From contig OZ244999.1 of assembly GCA_965223265.1 (NCBI GenBank), positions 1,472,001-1,536,000 of the forward strand: 64,000 bases of DNA, given 5' to 3'. The stretch comes from Planctomycetota bacterium (GTDB taxonomy: Bacteria > Planctomycetota > UBA8108 > SXIK01). Of the stretch, positions 39,182-49,440 are shown piece by piece (positions within the stretch are counted from its first letter, which is position 1; the number at the start of each line of letters is the position of its first letter). The translations under genes and the position numbers were made by a program. A model generated the notes under the pieces. It was not told the origin of the DNA and made no database searches. It worked only from the letters and a program-made list of their open reading frames with translations.

Positions 39182-40676
39182 ATGGTTGTCGTCTTCGATG
39201 TGCGTATCAGCAAGGGACCCTCTGCCGTAGGAGCTCCGTTGCTGCCGCGGCCGGGTCGGCACCAGTTCGCTCGCAAAGGGGCTCGTCGACTGCGGCGCGG
39301 TGAATGGTGGAGTGGTCTCGCGTGGCGTTCGCGTCTCCTTACCGCGTGGTTGTCGCTAGCGCTGCTGGCGAGCTGCGGAACGGTCCAGAGTCTTCTTACC
39401 TATCCGGACCCGTACGGTGGAGCTGGCGTGGCAGCTCATCGGGACGCACGAGGCGAGGCAGTTTTCTTCATGCTCGCCGACGTTTCTTGCCAGCACTGCC
39501 GCGGACACGGTTCTTCTGCCCGTAACGATCCCGATGGCACTACTCGGTGGAGACTCTCCCGGTTCGCCGAGCGTGAGCGTCGCCGTCGATTTGCCGGTTT
39601 TCGACGGCGAGGTTTTTGTCGCCGACGATGCGACTCAAGCCTGCGTTGGTTGGCTCACCGCCGAAGGGGACGAGACCGCAGCACGTGCCATCGTCGTCAC
39701 CAGAGACCACGACCCCGCGTTTTCAAGCGCCGAGGCGCAAACGTTGTCGGCGGATACACTGAGAAGATTTCCCCAACTCGAGCGACAAGTCAGGGCGCGG
39801 GGGCTGCGCTTCAACGCCAAATTCTGGCCGGGTGGAGCAGGACCTACTCCAGGGTGGACCGCCGCGGAAGCTCCAGTGATTCGGGTTTTCGACGCTGAGA
39901 GCGCGCTCGTCTTCATTGCCGGCGACGGCAAGGACGCTGGGAAGGACGAAGTGGATGGAGTCGACGTGCGGACGGCCCGGGACGCCGTACCGCACACACG
40001 TACCCGCAGCGTTGACCTTGCCGGACGAAGGCAATGGGAGGCATTGGTGCCGCTATCGGAGGATCAACGCCATCGCTCCATCGTCACGCCGCTGGCATGG
40101 GAAGGGGAGAATTGCCTCCTGCTTGCAGCGCTGCCGGGGTTGGGGCTCATTCTTGATCGCGACAGCGGTGCGGTCAAAACGGACGTGCCGGCTCTGGGCG
40201 ACTTCGGCGCTGGTGACGCTCAGCTTTCTGAGTTGGATGTCTTTGCGCTTGATGCCGATCAGAATCTGCTGGCACGAGGTGAGCGCAGACGAGGCGTCGT
40301 TCACGTCACCGCCTTGCATCATCCGCACGAGGCACCGGTCAATATGTTGGAAGTGCCCTGGGGCCTGCGAGCGTTTTGGCGCGTCGAGCGTCTTCGTTTT
40401 GACGCCGACAAGACTCTGGTTGTGGAGTTTTCAGCTTCCGGGTCGCGCCTCTTTGCGACCGTCATCTACTCTCTACCCGAAGCACGGGTTCTCTGGTCAG
40501 AAGCCCGGCGCCGCATCGATTCTGTCGTGTTGTCCCCCGACGCAAGATGGCTTGTGTACTTGAAGGACCGCGATCGTCTTGAGATCGTGCAGCTTCAAGA
40601 AGACGCACCGATCTCCGCTGCGAGCGGCGACGTCGAATCGTTGGCGATTACCCAACCTTGTTCGCACCGTCTGTGA
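39182..40676 (+). pseudogene. YceK/YidQ-like lipoprotein fused to a propeller-like domain, interrupted by a +1 frameshift at 39483-39485
   Basis: One frame reads 'LALLASCGT...PYGG...FMLADV'; a second continues 'LASTAADTVLLPVT'. Removing one T gives D-x3-S-x3-DT-x-LLP, the YceK signature. Confidence 0.6.
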
Positions 40677-40689
40677 GGAATCACCATCT

Positions 40690-41070
40690 ATGCCGTCCTC
40701 GATCACTGCCCTTTATCCAGTTGTCGCCGTCGACTCGCCTCGTGACACCGCTGCCGCGTTCGCCGAACTGTTCGATTTGCAGCCGGTGTTCGAGTCGGAC
40801 TGGTACATGCACTTGGCGAGCGCGTCAGGTGGGTGCCAGGTGGGGCTTGTGCGCTTCGATCATGAAAGTGTCCCAGAGGGGTATCAAGCCTCTGTCCGCG
40901 GCGCGTTCGTCACCATGGATTCAAACGACGTAGCAGCAATGTGGGAGGAGAAAAAGGGTCGGCTTGACGTCGTTGTTCCCCTCGCTGACGAGTCGTGGGG
41001 GCAGCGTCACTTTATTTGCCGCCTCCCAGGCGGTGTGCTCGTCGATGTGGTTCAGATGTTGACCGAGTAG
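40690..41070 (+). CDS. VOC/glyoxalase family protein
   Basis: 'FESDWY.HL', 'DHESVP', 'PL.DE.WGQRHF....P.GVLVDV'. Confidence 0.88.
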   Translation: MPSSITALYPVVAVDSPRDTAAAFAELFDLQPVFESDWYMHLASASGGCQVGLVRFDHESVPEGYQASVRGAFVTMDSNDVAAMWEEKKGRLDVVVPLADESWGQRHFICRLPGGVLVDVVQMLTE

Positions 41071-41179
41071 CTGGAGGAGGCTGCGTCCTGGGGCTTGTGC
41101 AGCGTCGGGGAAGCGTTACCGCCACCGCACCGAAGAACCTTTCGATGGCAAGGAAGAACATGGTAGACTCGCCGCTACC

Positions 41180-41812
41180 ATGTCACGTGTGAAGAATCGC
41201 CCGCAGGTCGTGTCCTCACAGGAGCGCAACGAACGAGTCGCGGCGGCCCTGCTCGCGTTCGTTTTTAGCGGTGTCTATTGCTTTTGGATGCCGCTTCACA
41301 TGCTCGCGTCGCCTCACGATCATGTCCTTGGGTGGGTGCCTCACTCGCATTCGGACGGGCACGGCCATGCTCACCATCGGCGTCCAGTCGACGGCCAATT
41401 GTCTCATGCCCACGGACAGCCCGCTGCGCATGATCATCACGACCACCACGATGACGATGATCACCACCACCACGCCGTTTCCATCGGTCACGGTGGGCTT
41501 CACACCGAAGTGGTCGACGAGAGCGAGTTCGGCGGGGGGAGCCTTTTGGTCCTCAGCGCGATCGAGCCGCTGAGTTCGGGAGAATCGATCGTCCATCACC
41601 ACCCTTCGTTTAAAGACACTTCGATCGACTTGCAGGCTCTCGATCTCGCCGCCTTTCTGCAGCCGCATCGCATAGTCGGCACGAGCCTCGAGCCCGTAGC
41701 CTCCGAGGTCCCGACCTCGTCGCACGACCCCCCGCAGCGTTTCGTTCACGTCCCAGCTGCGCCGCGGGCGCCTCCGGTTCAGCAGCTTTCTTCCTCGGTG
41801 TTTTGCGACTGA
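41180..41812 (+). CDS. His-rich leader protein with C-terminal RAPP motif (DUF2946/CzcI/CruR-like architecture)
   Basis: N-terminal TM segment; 'HSHSDGHGHAHH...HDHHDHHDDDDHHHH'; RAPP at 41765-41776 near the C-terminus; directly upstream of a metal RND operon. Confidence 0.7.
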   Translation: MSRVKNRPQVVSSQERNERVAAALLAFVFSGVYCFWMPLHMLASPHDHVLGWVPHSHSDGHGHAHHRRPVDGQLSHAHGQPAAHDHHDHHDDDDHHHHAVSIGHGGLHTEVVDESEFGGGSLLVLSAIEPLSSGESIVHHHPSFKDTSIDLQALDLAAFLQPHRIVGTSLEPVASEVPTSSHDPPQRFVHVPAAPRAPPVQQLSSSVFCD

Positions 41813-42016
41813 TTCGTCGCCTCCGGAGAATGTCTGTGTTCACGGCCCGCCGAAGTGTGATGGCGCCCGATTCTGGGCGGTGAATAGCGTCGATCTAGAC
41901 GCTAACGATCCAGCCTTCGTCTGGACTCACGCGACAGGTGCCCGTCTTTGTGTGCTGCTTCTCCACTCGGCGTTCAGTCGCGTTTTGACGCGAGCTGTTA
42001 GCGGAGTGCACTTCGC

Positions 42017-43672
42017 ATGAAGACCAAGAAGTCAATGAGTGCAGAGGTGGCGCTGTTTTGCGTTGGGATTTGCCTCGTGGCGTGCAACCGCCACGAATCC
42101 AGCGTCCACAGTCACGGTGGTCATAGCCACGGCGCGGATGGTTCCGGCGGCCACGGCCACGATCATCCTGAGCCGCACACCGTCCAAGTGACGTTGTGGG
42201 AGGGCGGACTCGAAGCATTCGTCGAGTACAGATATCCCGTTGCCAACAAGAACGTGCGTTTCGTCACGCATCTCTCCGACCTGACGAGTGGTGAGCCGCG
42301 GCGCGAGGGGAAGATCGTTTTTTCACTCGATGGTCCGGGCGGCGGTCGTTTCGAGCATGTCGAAGAGCGGCCAGCCCGTGACGGAGTCTATCTCCCGACC
42401 CTGGTTTTTCCCGTTGCGGGCGTGTGGAAAGCGGCGCTCGTGGTCTCTAAGAAGGTCGGCGAATCGGTGCGTTTCGAATTGCCAGATGTGACGGTCTACG
42501 CCAGCGATGGCGCTGCCGAGAAGGCACCTGCGCCGCCGGAGCCGGATGGAATCTCCTTTCTCAAAGAGCAACAGTGGAAGCTCGCCATGCTGACCGACGT
42601 GGCGACGACGAGACAACTCAGTGCGCGGCGCAGTTTCCCCGCGTACGTCAGGGCAAAAGCGGGGCAGCGCGTGGCTGTGGCCTCACCGGTTGCCGGTCGG
42701 GTCGTGCCGCCCCCAGAAGGAGAATTTCCTCGCCGAGGACGTGTTGTCGGCGCGGGTGAAATCCTTGCGCTCGTCGAGCCGACGATTCCTAGCGCGGAGC
42801 TCTTGTCACTCGCTGTCAAGCTTGCCGAGGCTGAGGCCGAGGAGCTACGCGCAGCACAAGCACTCAAGCAGGCGCAGACCGTCGCCGCGCGCATCGAACG
42901 ACTTGAAAAGGTGGACGCGAAGTCTGCTCGTGAGCTCGAGCAGGCGCGGTTCGACGTCGACGCCGCGAGAACCGCCCTTGAAGCGGCCACCGCGATCAAG
43001 AAGAGCTACGAGAGTGCGCGTGCGTACACCGAGTCCTATCGGTCTGACCGGGGCAGCGGTAGCTCAGGTCTCGCGCCGATTGCCTTGACGGCACCGATTT
43101 CGGGCACGGTGATCCAGGTGGGTACGGCGCCCGGCGAGCGCGTCACCGGCGCTGAGTCGCTTTTCGTCGTTCTCGACGCGTCAACGGTTGCCATCGAAGC
43201 GAGGATCGCACAGCACGAGGCTTCAGGGCTCGCCAACCCTGCTGCCTATGTCGAGCTCGGGTCAGCGGCGACGGGCGACGTCCTGCGACGGCCCCTGACT
43301 CTCGTCTACTCCGGCCTCGAGGTTGAAGAACCGTCGCGTGCGGTGCCGTTCGTCTACGAGGTCGAGAATCGTGACGGACTGCTACGCGTTGGCATGTCAG
43401 TGAGCGTTTTCGTGGAGGTCGCCCCGCCGCGCGAGACGCTCGCGATACCCGAGTCAGCCCTCGTCGACGAAGACGGAAAGTACTGCGCTTTCGTGCAGCT
43501 CTCCGGCGAGAGGTTCGAGAAGCGGGACCTGACGCTTGGTGTGCGAGATGGTGCATTCGTCGAAGTTCTTGACGGGGTGGCACCAGGAGAGCGCGTCGCG
43601 ACAACCGATGCGTGGACGATTCGCTTAGCGTCGCTTGCGACCTCGATCCCAGCTCATGGGCATACGCACTAG
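42017..43672 (+). CDS. czcB: Heavy-metal RND efflux periplasmic adaptor (CzcB/CusB family), His-rich lipoprotein
   Basis: Lipobox LVAC, 'HSHGGHSHG', 'FLKEQQWK', 'APISGTV', 'IPESALVDE', C-terminal 'HGHTH'. Confidence 0.88.
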   Translation: MKTKKSMSAEVALFCVGICLVACNRHESSVHSHGGHSHGADGSGGHGHDHPEPHTVQVTLWEGGLEAFVEYRYPVANKNVRFVTHLSDLTSGEPRREGKIVFSLDGPGGGRFEHVEERPARDGVYLPTLVFPVAGVWKAALVVSKKVGESVRFELPDVTVYASDGAAEKAPAPPEPDGISFLKEQQWKLAMLTDVATTRQLSARRSFPAYVRAKAGQRVAVASPVAGRVVPPPEGEFPRRGRVVGAGEILALVEPTIPSAELLSLAVKLAEAEAEELRAAQALKQAQTVAARIERLEKVDAKSARELEQARFDVDAARTALEAATAIKKSYESARAYTESYRSDRGSGSSGLAPIALTAPISGTVIQVGTAPGERVTGAESLFVVLDASTVAIEARIAQHEASGLANPAAYVELGSAATGDVLRRPLTLVYSGLEVEEPSRAVPFVYEVENRDGLLRVGMSVSVFVEVAPPRETLAIPESALVDEDGKYCAFVQLSGERFEKRDLTLGVRDGAFVEVLDGVAPGERVATTDAWTIRLASLATSIPAHGHTH

Positions 43673-43683
43673 AGGGAGACTCG

Positions 43684-46600
43684 ATGGTCGATTACCTGAT
43701 TCGTTGGTCTCTCCACAATCGAGCGCTCCTTCTCGTCTCCGCGCTCTTGGTGACCAGCTACGGTATCTACACCGCGCTGCGGCTTCCGGTCGATGTGTTC
43801 CCTGATCTTACAGCGCCGACAGTGACGATCGTCTGCGATGGTCATGGGATGGCGCCGACGGACATGGAGACGCAAGTGACGTTTCCGCTCGAAGCCGCTC
43901 TGAATGGCGCGGCGGGCGTTCGCCGCGTCCGTTCGTCAACCGCCGCTGGGATTGCAGTGATTTGGGTCGAGTTCGAGTGGGGCGAAGAGCAAGCGCAGGC
44001 GCGTCGGGTGGTCAACGAGAGGCTTTCGCTCGTGGTGCCAGACCTGCCGGAGGGCGTCACGACGATGCTCGCCCCCATCTCGTCGATCATGGGCGAGATT
44101 CTTTTTCTTGGACTCACATCGGACGTGCAGACTCCTCTCGATCTGAGAACCTATGCTGACACGTCGTTGCGACGGCGACTCCTGTCGATCCCCGGCGTGT
44201 CGCAGGTCGTCGTTATCGGCGGCGATGTGAAGCAGTACCAGATTCTGCTGCGACCGGAAGGGCTCACGAGTTACGGCGTAACCCTCGCCGACGTCGTCGC
44301 CGCGGTGAAGAAGGACAACGAGAACACGTCAGCGGGCTTCGTGAATACCGCCGGATCGGAGTACATCGTGTCGGGGCGTGGGAGGTTTTCTGATCTTCGA
44401 GACATCGGAGACGTCGTCGTTTCCACGCGGGATGAAGTCTCGGTGCTTGTACGCCACCTCGGCGACGTCGTGATTGGCCCCGCGCCCAAGCGTGGTGAAG
44501 GAAGCGTGCGCGGGCAGAAGGCGGTTGTGGTCTCCGTTCAGAAACAGCCTGGGGCGAACACGCTCGAGTTGACACGAGAGATCGACCGCGTGCTCGATCA
44601 GGTCGACGCGTCGCTTCCTGATGGCGTTTCTATCGAACGCGACCTTTTTCGTCAGGCAGGATTCATCTCGATTGCTGTGCGGAACGTACTCCACGCGCTA
44701 CGCGATGGAGGCATCTTGGTTGTGTTGATCATGTTTCTGTTCTTGGCGAGCGTCAGGGCAACGGTCATCACGCTCACTGCGATTCCGCTCTCCCTCGTCG
44801 CCGCAGTGCTGACGCTGAAGGCGTTCGGGGCGACGATCAATACGATGACGCTGGGCGGTATGGCGATCGCGATCGGTGCGCTTGTGGACGATGCCGTCAT
44901 CGATGTGGAAAACGTCATTCGGAGATTGAGAGAAAACCTGGCGCGCCCCGAAGCGGAGCGTCGCGGCAACCTTGGAGTCGTCTTCGAGGCCAGTAAGGAG
45001 ATCCGCAAATCGATCGCGTTCGCCACGCTCATCGTCATGCTCGTCTTCGTGCCTGTGTTTTTTCTTCCAGGTATCGAGGGGCGGCTTCTCAAACCACTTG
45101 GAACTGCGTACGTCGTTTCTCTCTTCGCGTCGCTCGTCGTAGCTCTGACCGTGACTCCGGCGCTTTGCCTGCTGCTGCTGCCGCGAAGCCGAGGCGTCCG
45201 CGCCCCGCATGAGCCACGGCTTGCACGCGGCGTCAAGCGACTGTACGAGTCGGGGCTCGTTTGGGTTTTGAGGCATCCTCTTGTCGTCACGACGCCGATC
45301 TTGGTCGCTTTTGGAACCTCTGTCGCGGCGCTCGTCTCCTTCGGTCGAGCGTTTCTCCCCGATTTCAACGAGGGCACGCTCACGATCAGCGCGGTGACGG
45401 TGCCCGGGATTAGTCTGCCCGAGTCCGACAAGCTCGGGCGCCTCGTCGAAGAAGCTCTTCTTGCGCACGAGGAGGTGACTTCGACGGCACGGCGAACTGG
45501 GCGTGCTGAGCTCGATGAACACGCCCAGGGTGTCAATTCCTCAGAGATCGACGTGTCACTCGATTTCAAAGAGCGTTCTCAGGGGGAGTTCCTTGCTGCC
45601 TTGCGTCGCGACCTGGCGCAGATTCCGGGGATGAACATCACGATCGGCCAGCCGATCTCGCATCGTATTGACCACATGCTCTCTGGAACCCGCGCCAATT
45701 TGGCGGTGAAGATTTTCGGCCCGGATCTCTACAAGCTTCGCCGGCTTGCAGAGCGAGTACGCATGGAAATGGAATCTGAGCGAGGTGTCGTTGACCTCTC
45801 GGTCGAGCAACAAAGTGACATTCCAGTTCTCTCCGTGCGCTACCGTCGTGACGCTCTCGCTCGCCACGGTGTCTCCGTCAGTGAAGTCTCTCACGCACTC
45901 GAAGCCGCGGTGCAAGGAGTTGAGGTCTCCAAGTTCCTGGAAGGGCGTGCGACTTTCGATGTCGTTGTCAAAATCGAAGCCGAACAGGAGTGGACAACGG
46001 ACCGCCTCGGGGTGCTACGCGTCGATGTGCCGTCGGGAGCGAGCGTTCCGTTGAGTGCTCTAGCGACCATCCACAAAGGCAAGGGGCCGAACGCTATTAG
46101 TCGCGAAGACGTCGAGCGCAAGATCGTCGTGCAAGCGAACGTTGCGGGGCGTGACATTACCTCGGTCGTCCACGCCATCAGGCAGCGCATCGATCCGCTG
46201 GTGAACGGCGAGCCTGGCTACCGCGTTGAATACGGCGGTCAATTCGAGAGCGCGGAGGAGGCGAGTCGTGTCCTCCTTGTGCTCGGGATCGTCGTTGTGA
46301 TTGGGATCGGTTTCTTGCTCCAGCTCGCGTTCGGTTCCGTGAAAGATGCTTTTTTCGTCATGGCGAACCTACCGCTCGCACTCATCGGTGCCGTGGGCGG
46401 TGTGTACATGAGTGGGGGGGTTCTCTCGGTCGCTTCGATCATCGGATTCATCACCGTCTTCGGCATCGCAACTCGTAACGGCATCATGCTCGTCTCCCAC
46501 ATACGGCACTTACAAGCCGAGGAGGGTGTCGACGACTTTCGAACTGCAGTCGTCCGCGGATCTGTGGAGCGACTGTTGCCCATTCTCATGACCGCGCTCG

Positions 46601-46788
46601 GCACCGCTTTGGCGCTGGTGCCGCTTGTCGTCGGCGGCGACAAGCCGGGAAACGAGATTCAGACGCCGATGGCGACGGTCATCCTCTATGGCCTCATCAG
46701 CGCCACCGCGCTGAACATGATCGTCGTTCCAGCGCTCTTTCTTCGATTCGGCACACAGACAGTGAATGAAGGGGATCCCTGTGAGTAG
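43684..46788 (+). CDS. czcA: CusA/CzcA family heavy-metal efflux RND permease
   Basis: 'LPVDVFPD', TM4 'GALVDDAVIDVEN', 'GIEGRL..PL', 'FLPDFNEG', 'RL.PILMT'. Confidence 0.93.
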   Translation: MVDYLIRWSLHNRALLLVSALLVTSYGIYTALRLPVDVFPDLTAPTVTIVCDGHGMAPTDMETQVTFPLEAALNGAAGVRRVRSSTAAGIAVIWVEFEWGEEQAQARRVVNERLSLVVPDLPEGVTTMLAPISSIMGEILFLGLTSDVQTPLDLRTYADTSLRRRLLSIPGVSQVVVIGGDVKQYQILLRPEGLTSYGVTLADVVAAVKKDNENTSAGFVNTAGSEYIVSGRGRFSDLRDIGDVVVSTRDEVSVLVRHLGDVVIGPAPKRGEGSVRGQKAVVVSVQKQPGANTLELTREIDRVLDQVDASLPDGVSIERDLFRQAGFISIAVRNVLHALRDGGILVVLIMFLFLASVRATVITLTAIPLSLVAAVLTLKAFGATINTMTLGGMAIAIGALVDDAVIDVENVIRRLRENLARPEAERRGNLGVVFEASKEIRKSIAFATLIVMLVFVPVFFLPGIEGRLLKPLGTAYVVSLFASLVVALTVTPALCLLLLPRSRGVRAPHEPRLARGVKRLYESGLVWVLRHPLVVTTPILVAFGTSVAALVSFGRAFLPDFNEGTLTISAVTVPGISLPESDKLGRLVEEALLAHEEVTSTARRTGRAELDEHAQGVNSSEIDVSLDFKERSQGEFLAALRRDLAQIPGMNITIGQPISHRIDHMLSGTRANLAVKIFGPDLYKLRRLAERVRMEMESERGVVDLSVEQQSDIPVLSVRYRRDALARHGVSVSEVSHALEAAVQGVEVSKFLEGRATFDVVVKIEAEQEWTTDRLGVLRVDVPSGASVPLSALATIHKGKGPNAISREDVERKIVVQANVAGRDITSVVHAIRQRIDPLVNGEPGYRVEYGGQFESAEEASRVLLVLGIVVVIGIGFLLQLAFGSVKDAFFVMANLPLALIGAVGGVYMSGGVLSVASIIGFITVFGIATRNGIMLVSHIRHLQAEEGVDDFRTAVVRGSVERLLPILMTALGTALALVPLVVGGDKPGNEIQTPMATVILYGLISATALNMIVVPALFLRFGTQTVNEGDPCE

Positions 46789-48151
46789 ACAAGGTACTTC
46801 TTTGGCCGGGTTCCTGAGTGCAGCAATCTGTGGAGTGCTGGCAGGTTGCTCGCTTTCGTCGACCTTCCCACGAGGTGGCGACGAGCTTGCCCAAGAAACC
46901 ACCGCGCCGGTGCCGAGTGACCTGCTGCCGGAGGCGGGCGAGCAGTCAACCTCCATTGCGGAGGGCGCGACCGAGCCAGCAGGGGTTCCAGAGCCACTGT
47001 CGGTGGATGCCGCTGTTCGGTTCGCGCTCGCAAGCCACCCGGAGCTCGCGGTCTCGCGAGCACGGGTTGAAGCTGCTCTGGGACGAAAACTTCAATCGGG
47101 GGCGTTACCGAACCCAGCGCTTTCAGCTGCGATCGAGTCAGCGCCGTTTCATGGCAAGACGACTGGCGACGCGGAGTACCTGTTCGGTGTGACGCAACCG
47201 GTGCCCATCGGAGGGCGCTTGCGGCGCGCGGTCGAGGTCGAGTCGGCGCGTGAACAGCGGCTGTTGACGGAGCTCGAGGCGCAGAGGCGGGTGGTGGAGC
47301 GCAGGGTGCGTGGCGCTTTTGCAGCCGCGCTCTTTGCGCGAGCGACTCAGGTGATCGAGCGCGAGATGCTCGCAGGCGCCGAATCGGCGGCGCGGATCGC
47401 GGCGGCGAGGGTTGCTGCCGGCGATGCGACCGCAGCAGAACGGGCTCGCGCTGAGCTTGAAGGTGTCCGCGCTCGCATTTCGTTGCGTGCTGCAGAAGTG
47501 CAGCAGCGCCGAGCGCTCGTCGAGCTTCGTGGTGCGCTCGGGCTCGACGGGCGCGATCAGATCGAGCTTGTGGGCGATCTTGAATCAACACTGGCGCTTC
47601 CGGAGCTCAGTTCGGTCCTCGAGGCGCTGGAGACGAGCCCTATCTTGCGAGCCGAAGCTGCGGCGGTCGCCGAGTTGCAAGCGGCGATTTTGAGGGAGAA
47701 GGCGGAGCGCATACCGGACGTGGACGTGAGTTTCTTTTATCGACGTATCGAACAGACCGATGATGACGCGTTCGATGTCGGCGTGTCGGTTCCCGTGCCG
47801 CTGTTCGATCGCCGCGCGGGAGCGCTGAGACGCGCACACGCTGAGGTGTTAGAAGCCGAAGCGAGGCATCGGGCAGCGAGTAGGAGCCTTTCAGCATCCG
47901 TGCAGACGATCTATTGGAAATTGACACAAGCACTGGAAACCGTCCAGCTGTATCGCGACGAATTGACGCCGCAGTCGCAGACGGTACTAGAAGCCGCAAC
48001 CGCGCAATATGACGCCGGCGACATCTCGCTGGCAGAGTTGATTCCGATCCAGCGAGATCACCGTGAGCTCCGTCGTTCGTACATCGATCTCTTGCGCCAA
48101 ATCGCGCTCGACTGGGCCGAATTTCGTTCTCTCGTTCAGGCACCGCGGTGA
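46781..48151 (+). CDS. czcC: TolC/CzcC outer-membrane efflux protein
   Basis: Lipobox LAGC, 'ALASHPEL', 'LPNP.L', 'SVPVPLFDR..G', 'YDAGDISL.E'. Confidence 0.9.
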   Translation: MSRQGTSLAGFLSAAICGVLAGCSLSSTFPRGGDELAQETTAPVPSDLLPEAGEQSTSIAEGATEPAGVPEPLSVDAAVRFALASHPELAVSRARVEAALGRKLQSGALPNPALSAAIESAPFHGKTTGDAEYLFGVTQPVPIGGRLRRAVEVESAREQRLLTELEAQRRVVERRVRGAFAAALFARATQVIEREMLAGAESAARIAAARVAAGDATAAERARAELEGVRARISLRAAEVQQRRALVELRGALGLDGRDQIELVGDLESTLALPELSSVLEALETSPILRAEAAAVAELQAAILREKAERIPDVDVSFFYRRIEQTDDDAFDVGVSVPVPLFDRRAGALRRAHAEVLEAEARHRAASRSLSASVQTIYWKLTQALETVQLYRDELTPQSQTVLEAATAQYDAGDISLAELIPIQRDHRELRRSYIDLLRQIALDWAEFRSLVQAPR

Positions 48152-48287
48152 TGGGCAGAGCCCCAGTGGCGGACAGTCGGTGGGGTGCGTCTGGTACGAC
48201 GTGATTGCCGAGCGATTCGCGACGTCAGTATCGTCCTCGCGTTGTCTTCCGGTCCTTGCGAGGGATTCCCGCGTCCATCGCTGTCTT

Positions 48288-48358
48288 TCTTCGTTACCTT
48301 CGTTTCCTTATGTTCAAGATTTCTGAGCATTGAACAGAGGAAACAAAGGAAACGAAGA
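48288..48358. repeat. REP-like imperfect inverted repeat built of 9-bp units, between convergent genes (possible bidirectional terminator)
   Basis: CTTCGTTACCTTCGTTTCCTTATGTTCAA (48289-48317) versus TTGAACAGAGGAAACAAAGGAAACGAAG (48330-48357). Confidence 0.7.
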
Positions 48359-48411
48359 TGGCTCGCTGACGGTTGCGCGGCAGGGAAACACTCTTGGAAG
48401 CAGCCCGGTGA

Positions 48412-49440
48412 TCAGTTCGCGAACTGGAGTCCGTCGATGAGCTCCTCGGCGAGCGCACGGTCGATGGGCTTTTCGTTGATGACGCTGTACCAAAGCTTCC
48501 GTTCAGTGACGAACTCCTGGAGCGACATGAGTGCTTCGATCACTGGCTCTCGGGCCAGCTCCATGTCGACCGGCTGAAACGGCAACTCGAGGCGCTGCAT
48601 GAGCTGGATCACTTCGTCGGGATGATTGTTTTGCAGTCGACTCATGATTGCGACACCCATGCCGATGATGAAGCCGTGCACGAACGGGATGCCCAAAGCT
48701 TCTTCGAGAGCGTAAAAGAGAAAGTGCTCGGAGCCTTCTTCGACGCGGTAGTGATCACGAGGTAAGCAAATCGTATTGAGCTGCATGTACTCTTCGACGA
48801 TCGTGCGCAGCCCAGCGTCGCTGACGACTCGGATTTCGTCGGCTTGGGCTTCAATGCGCGTCAGAATTGCGCGCGCATCCTGCACGGCTTGTGCCGAGAA
48901 CTCATACTCGCTGACCCCGGACTTTTCTGCGATCTCCCAATCGAACGCTGCGGTATGGATGGAGAGGAGGTCGCCGACCCCCGCTATGTTGAGTGCCGGC
49001 GGGGCCGTGCGCAGAAGGTCGTAATCAATCACCAGCGGATCTGGGCTGGCAGTGCCGACGTACTCGACGCGACGATCGCGCCGCAGACCCGCAGCTGGGG
49101 TCACGAAGGCGTCAACGCTCAGGATCGTCGGCACGCTGACGAGGCGGCAGCCACGCTTCCAAGCGAAGTACTTGCCCAAATCGATGGCGCGACCACCCCC
49201 CACAGCGACTACGGTGTCGCAGTCGGGTGCCGATGCCACTTGGGCGTCGACGACGTCGAATTCCATCGAATCGGCTAGGAGAACCTCTGCCGGCGTACCA
49301 CCGATGCGTTCGCGCGCGAGATCCCACGGGACGTCCATCGTTGCGACGACGAAAGTGCCGACTTCGTTGCCGAGGCCGTCGACGCTCCCGGCGCCGAAAC
49401 GGCTGGAGAGGACGTTGGTCTGCCCTTCGATCTTTGCCAT
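48412..49440 (-). CDS. sn-glycerol-1-phosphate dehydrogenase-like protein (EgsA/AraM; Fe-ADH/DHQS superfamily)
   Basis: 'GGGRAIDLGKY', 'PTILSVDA', 'AGVGDLLS', 'EGSEH', 'HG'. Confidence 0.75.
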   Translation of the reverse strand: MAKIEGQTNVLSSRFGAGSVDGLGNEVGTFVVATMDVPWDLARERIGGTPAEVLLADSMEFDVVDAQVASAPDCDTVVAVGGGRAIDLGKYFAWKRGCRLVSVPTILSVDAFVTPAAGLRRDRRVEYVGTASPDPLVIDYDLLRTAPPALNIAGVGDLLSIHTAAFDWEIAEKSGVSEYEFSAQAVQDARAILTRIEAQADEIRVVSDAGLRTIVEEYMQLNTICLPRDHYRVEEGSEHFLFYALEEALGIPFVHGFIIGMGVAIMSRLQNNHPDEVIQLMQRLELPFQPVDMELAREPVIEALMSLQEFVTERKLWYSVINEKPIDRALAEELIDGLQFAN

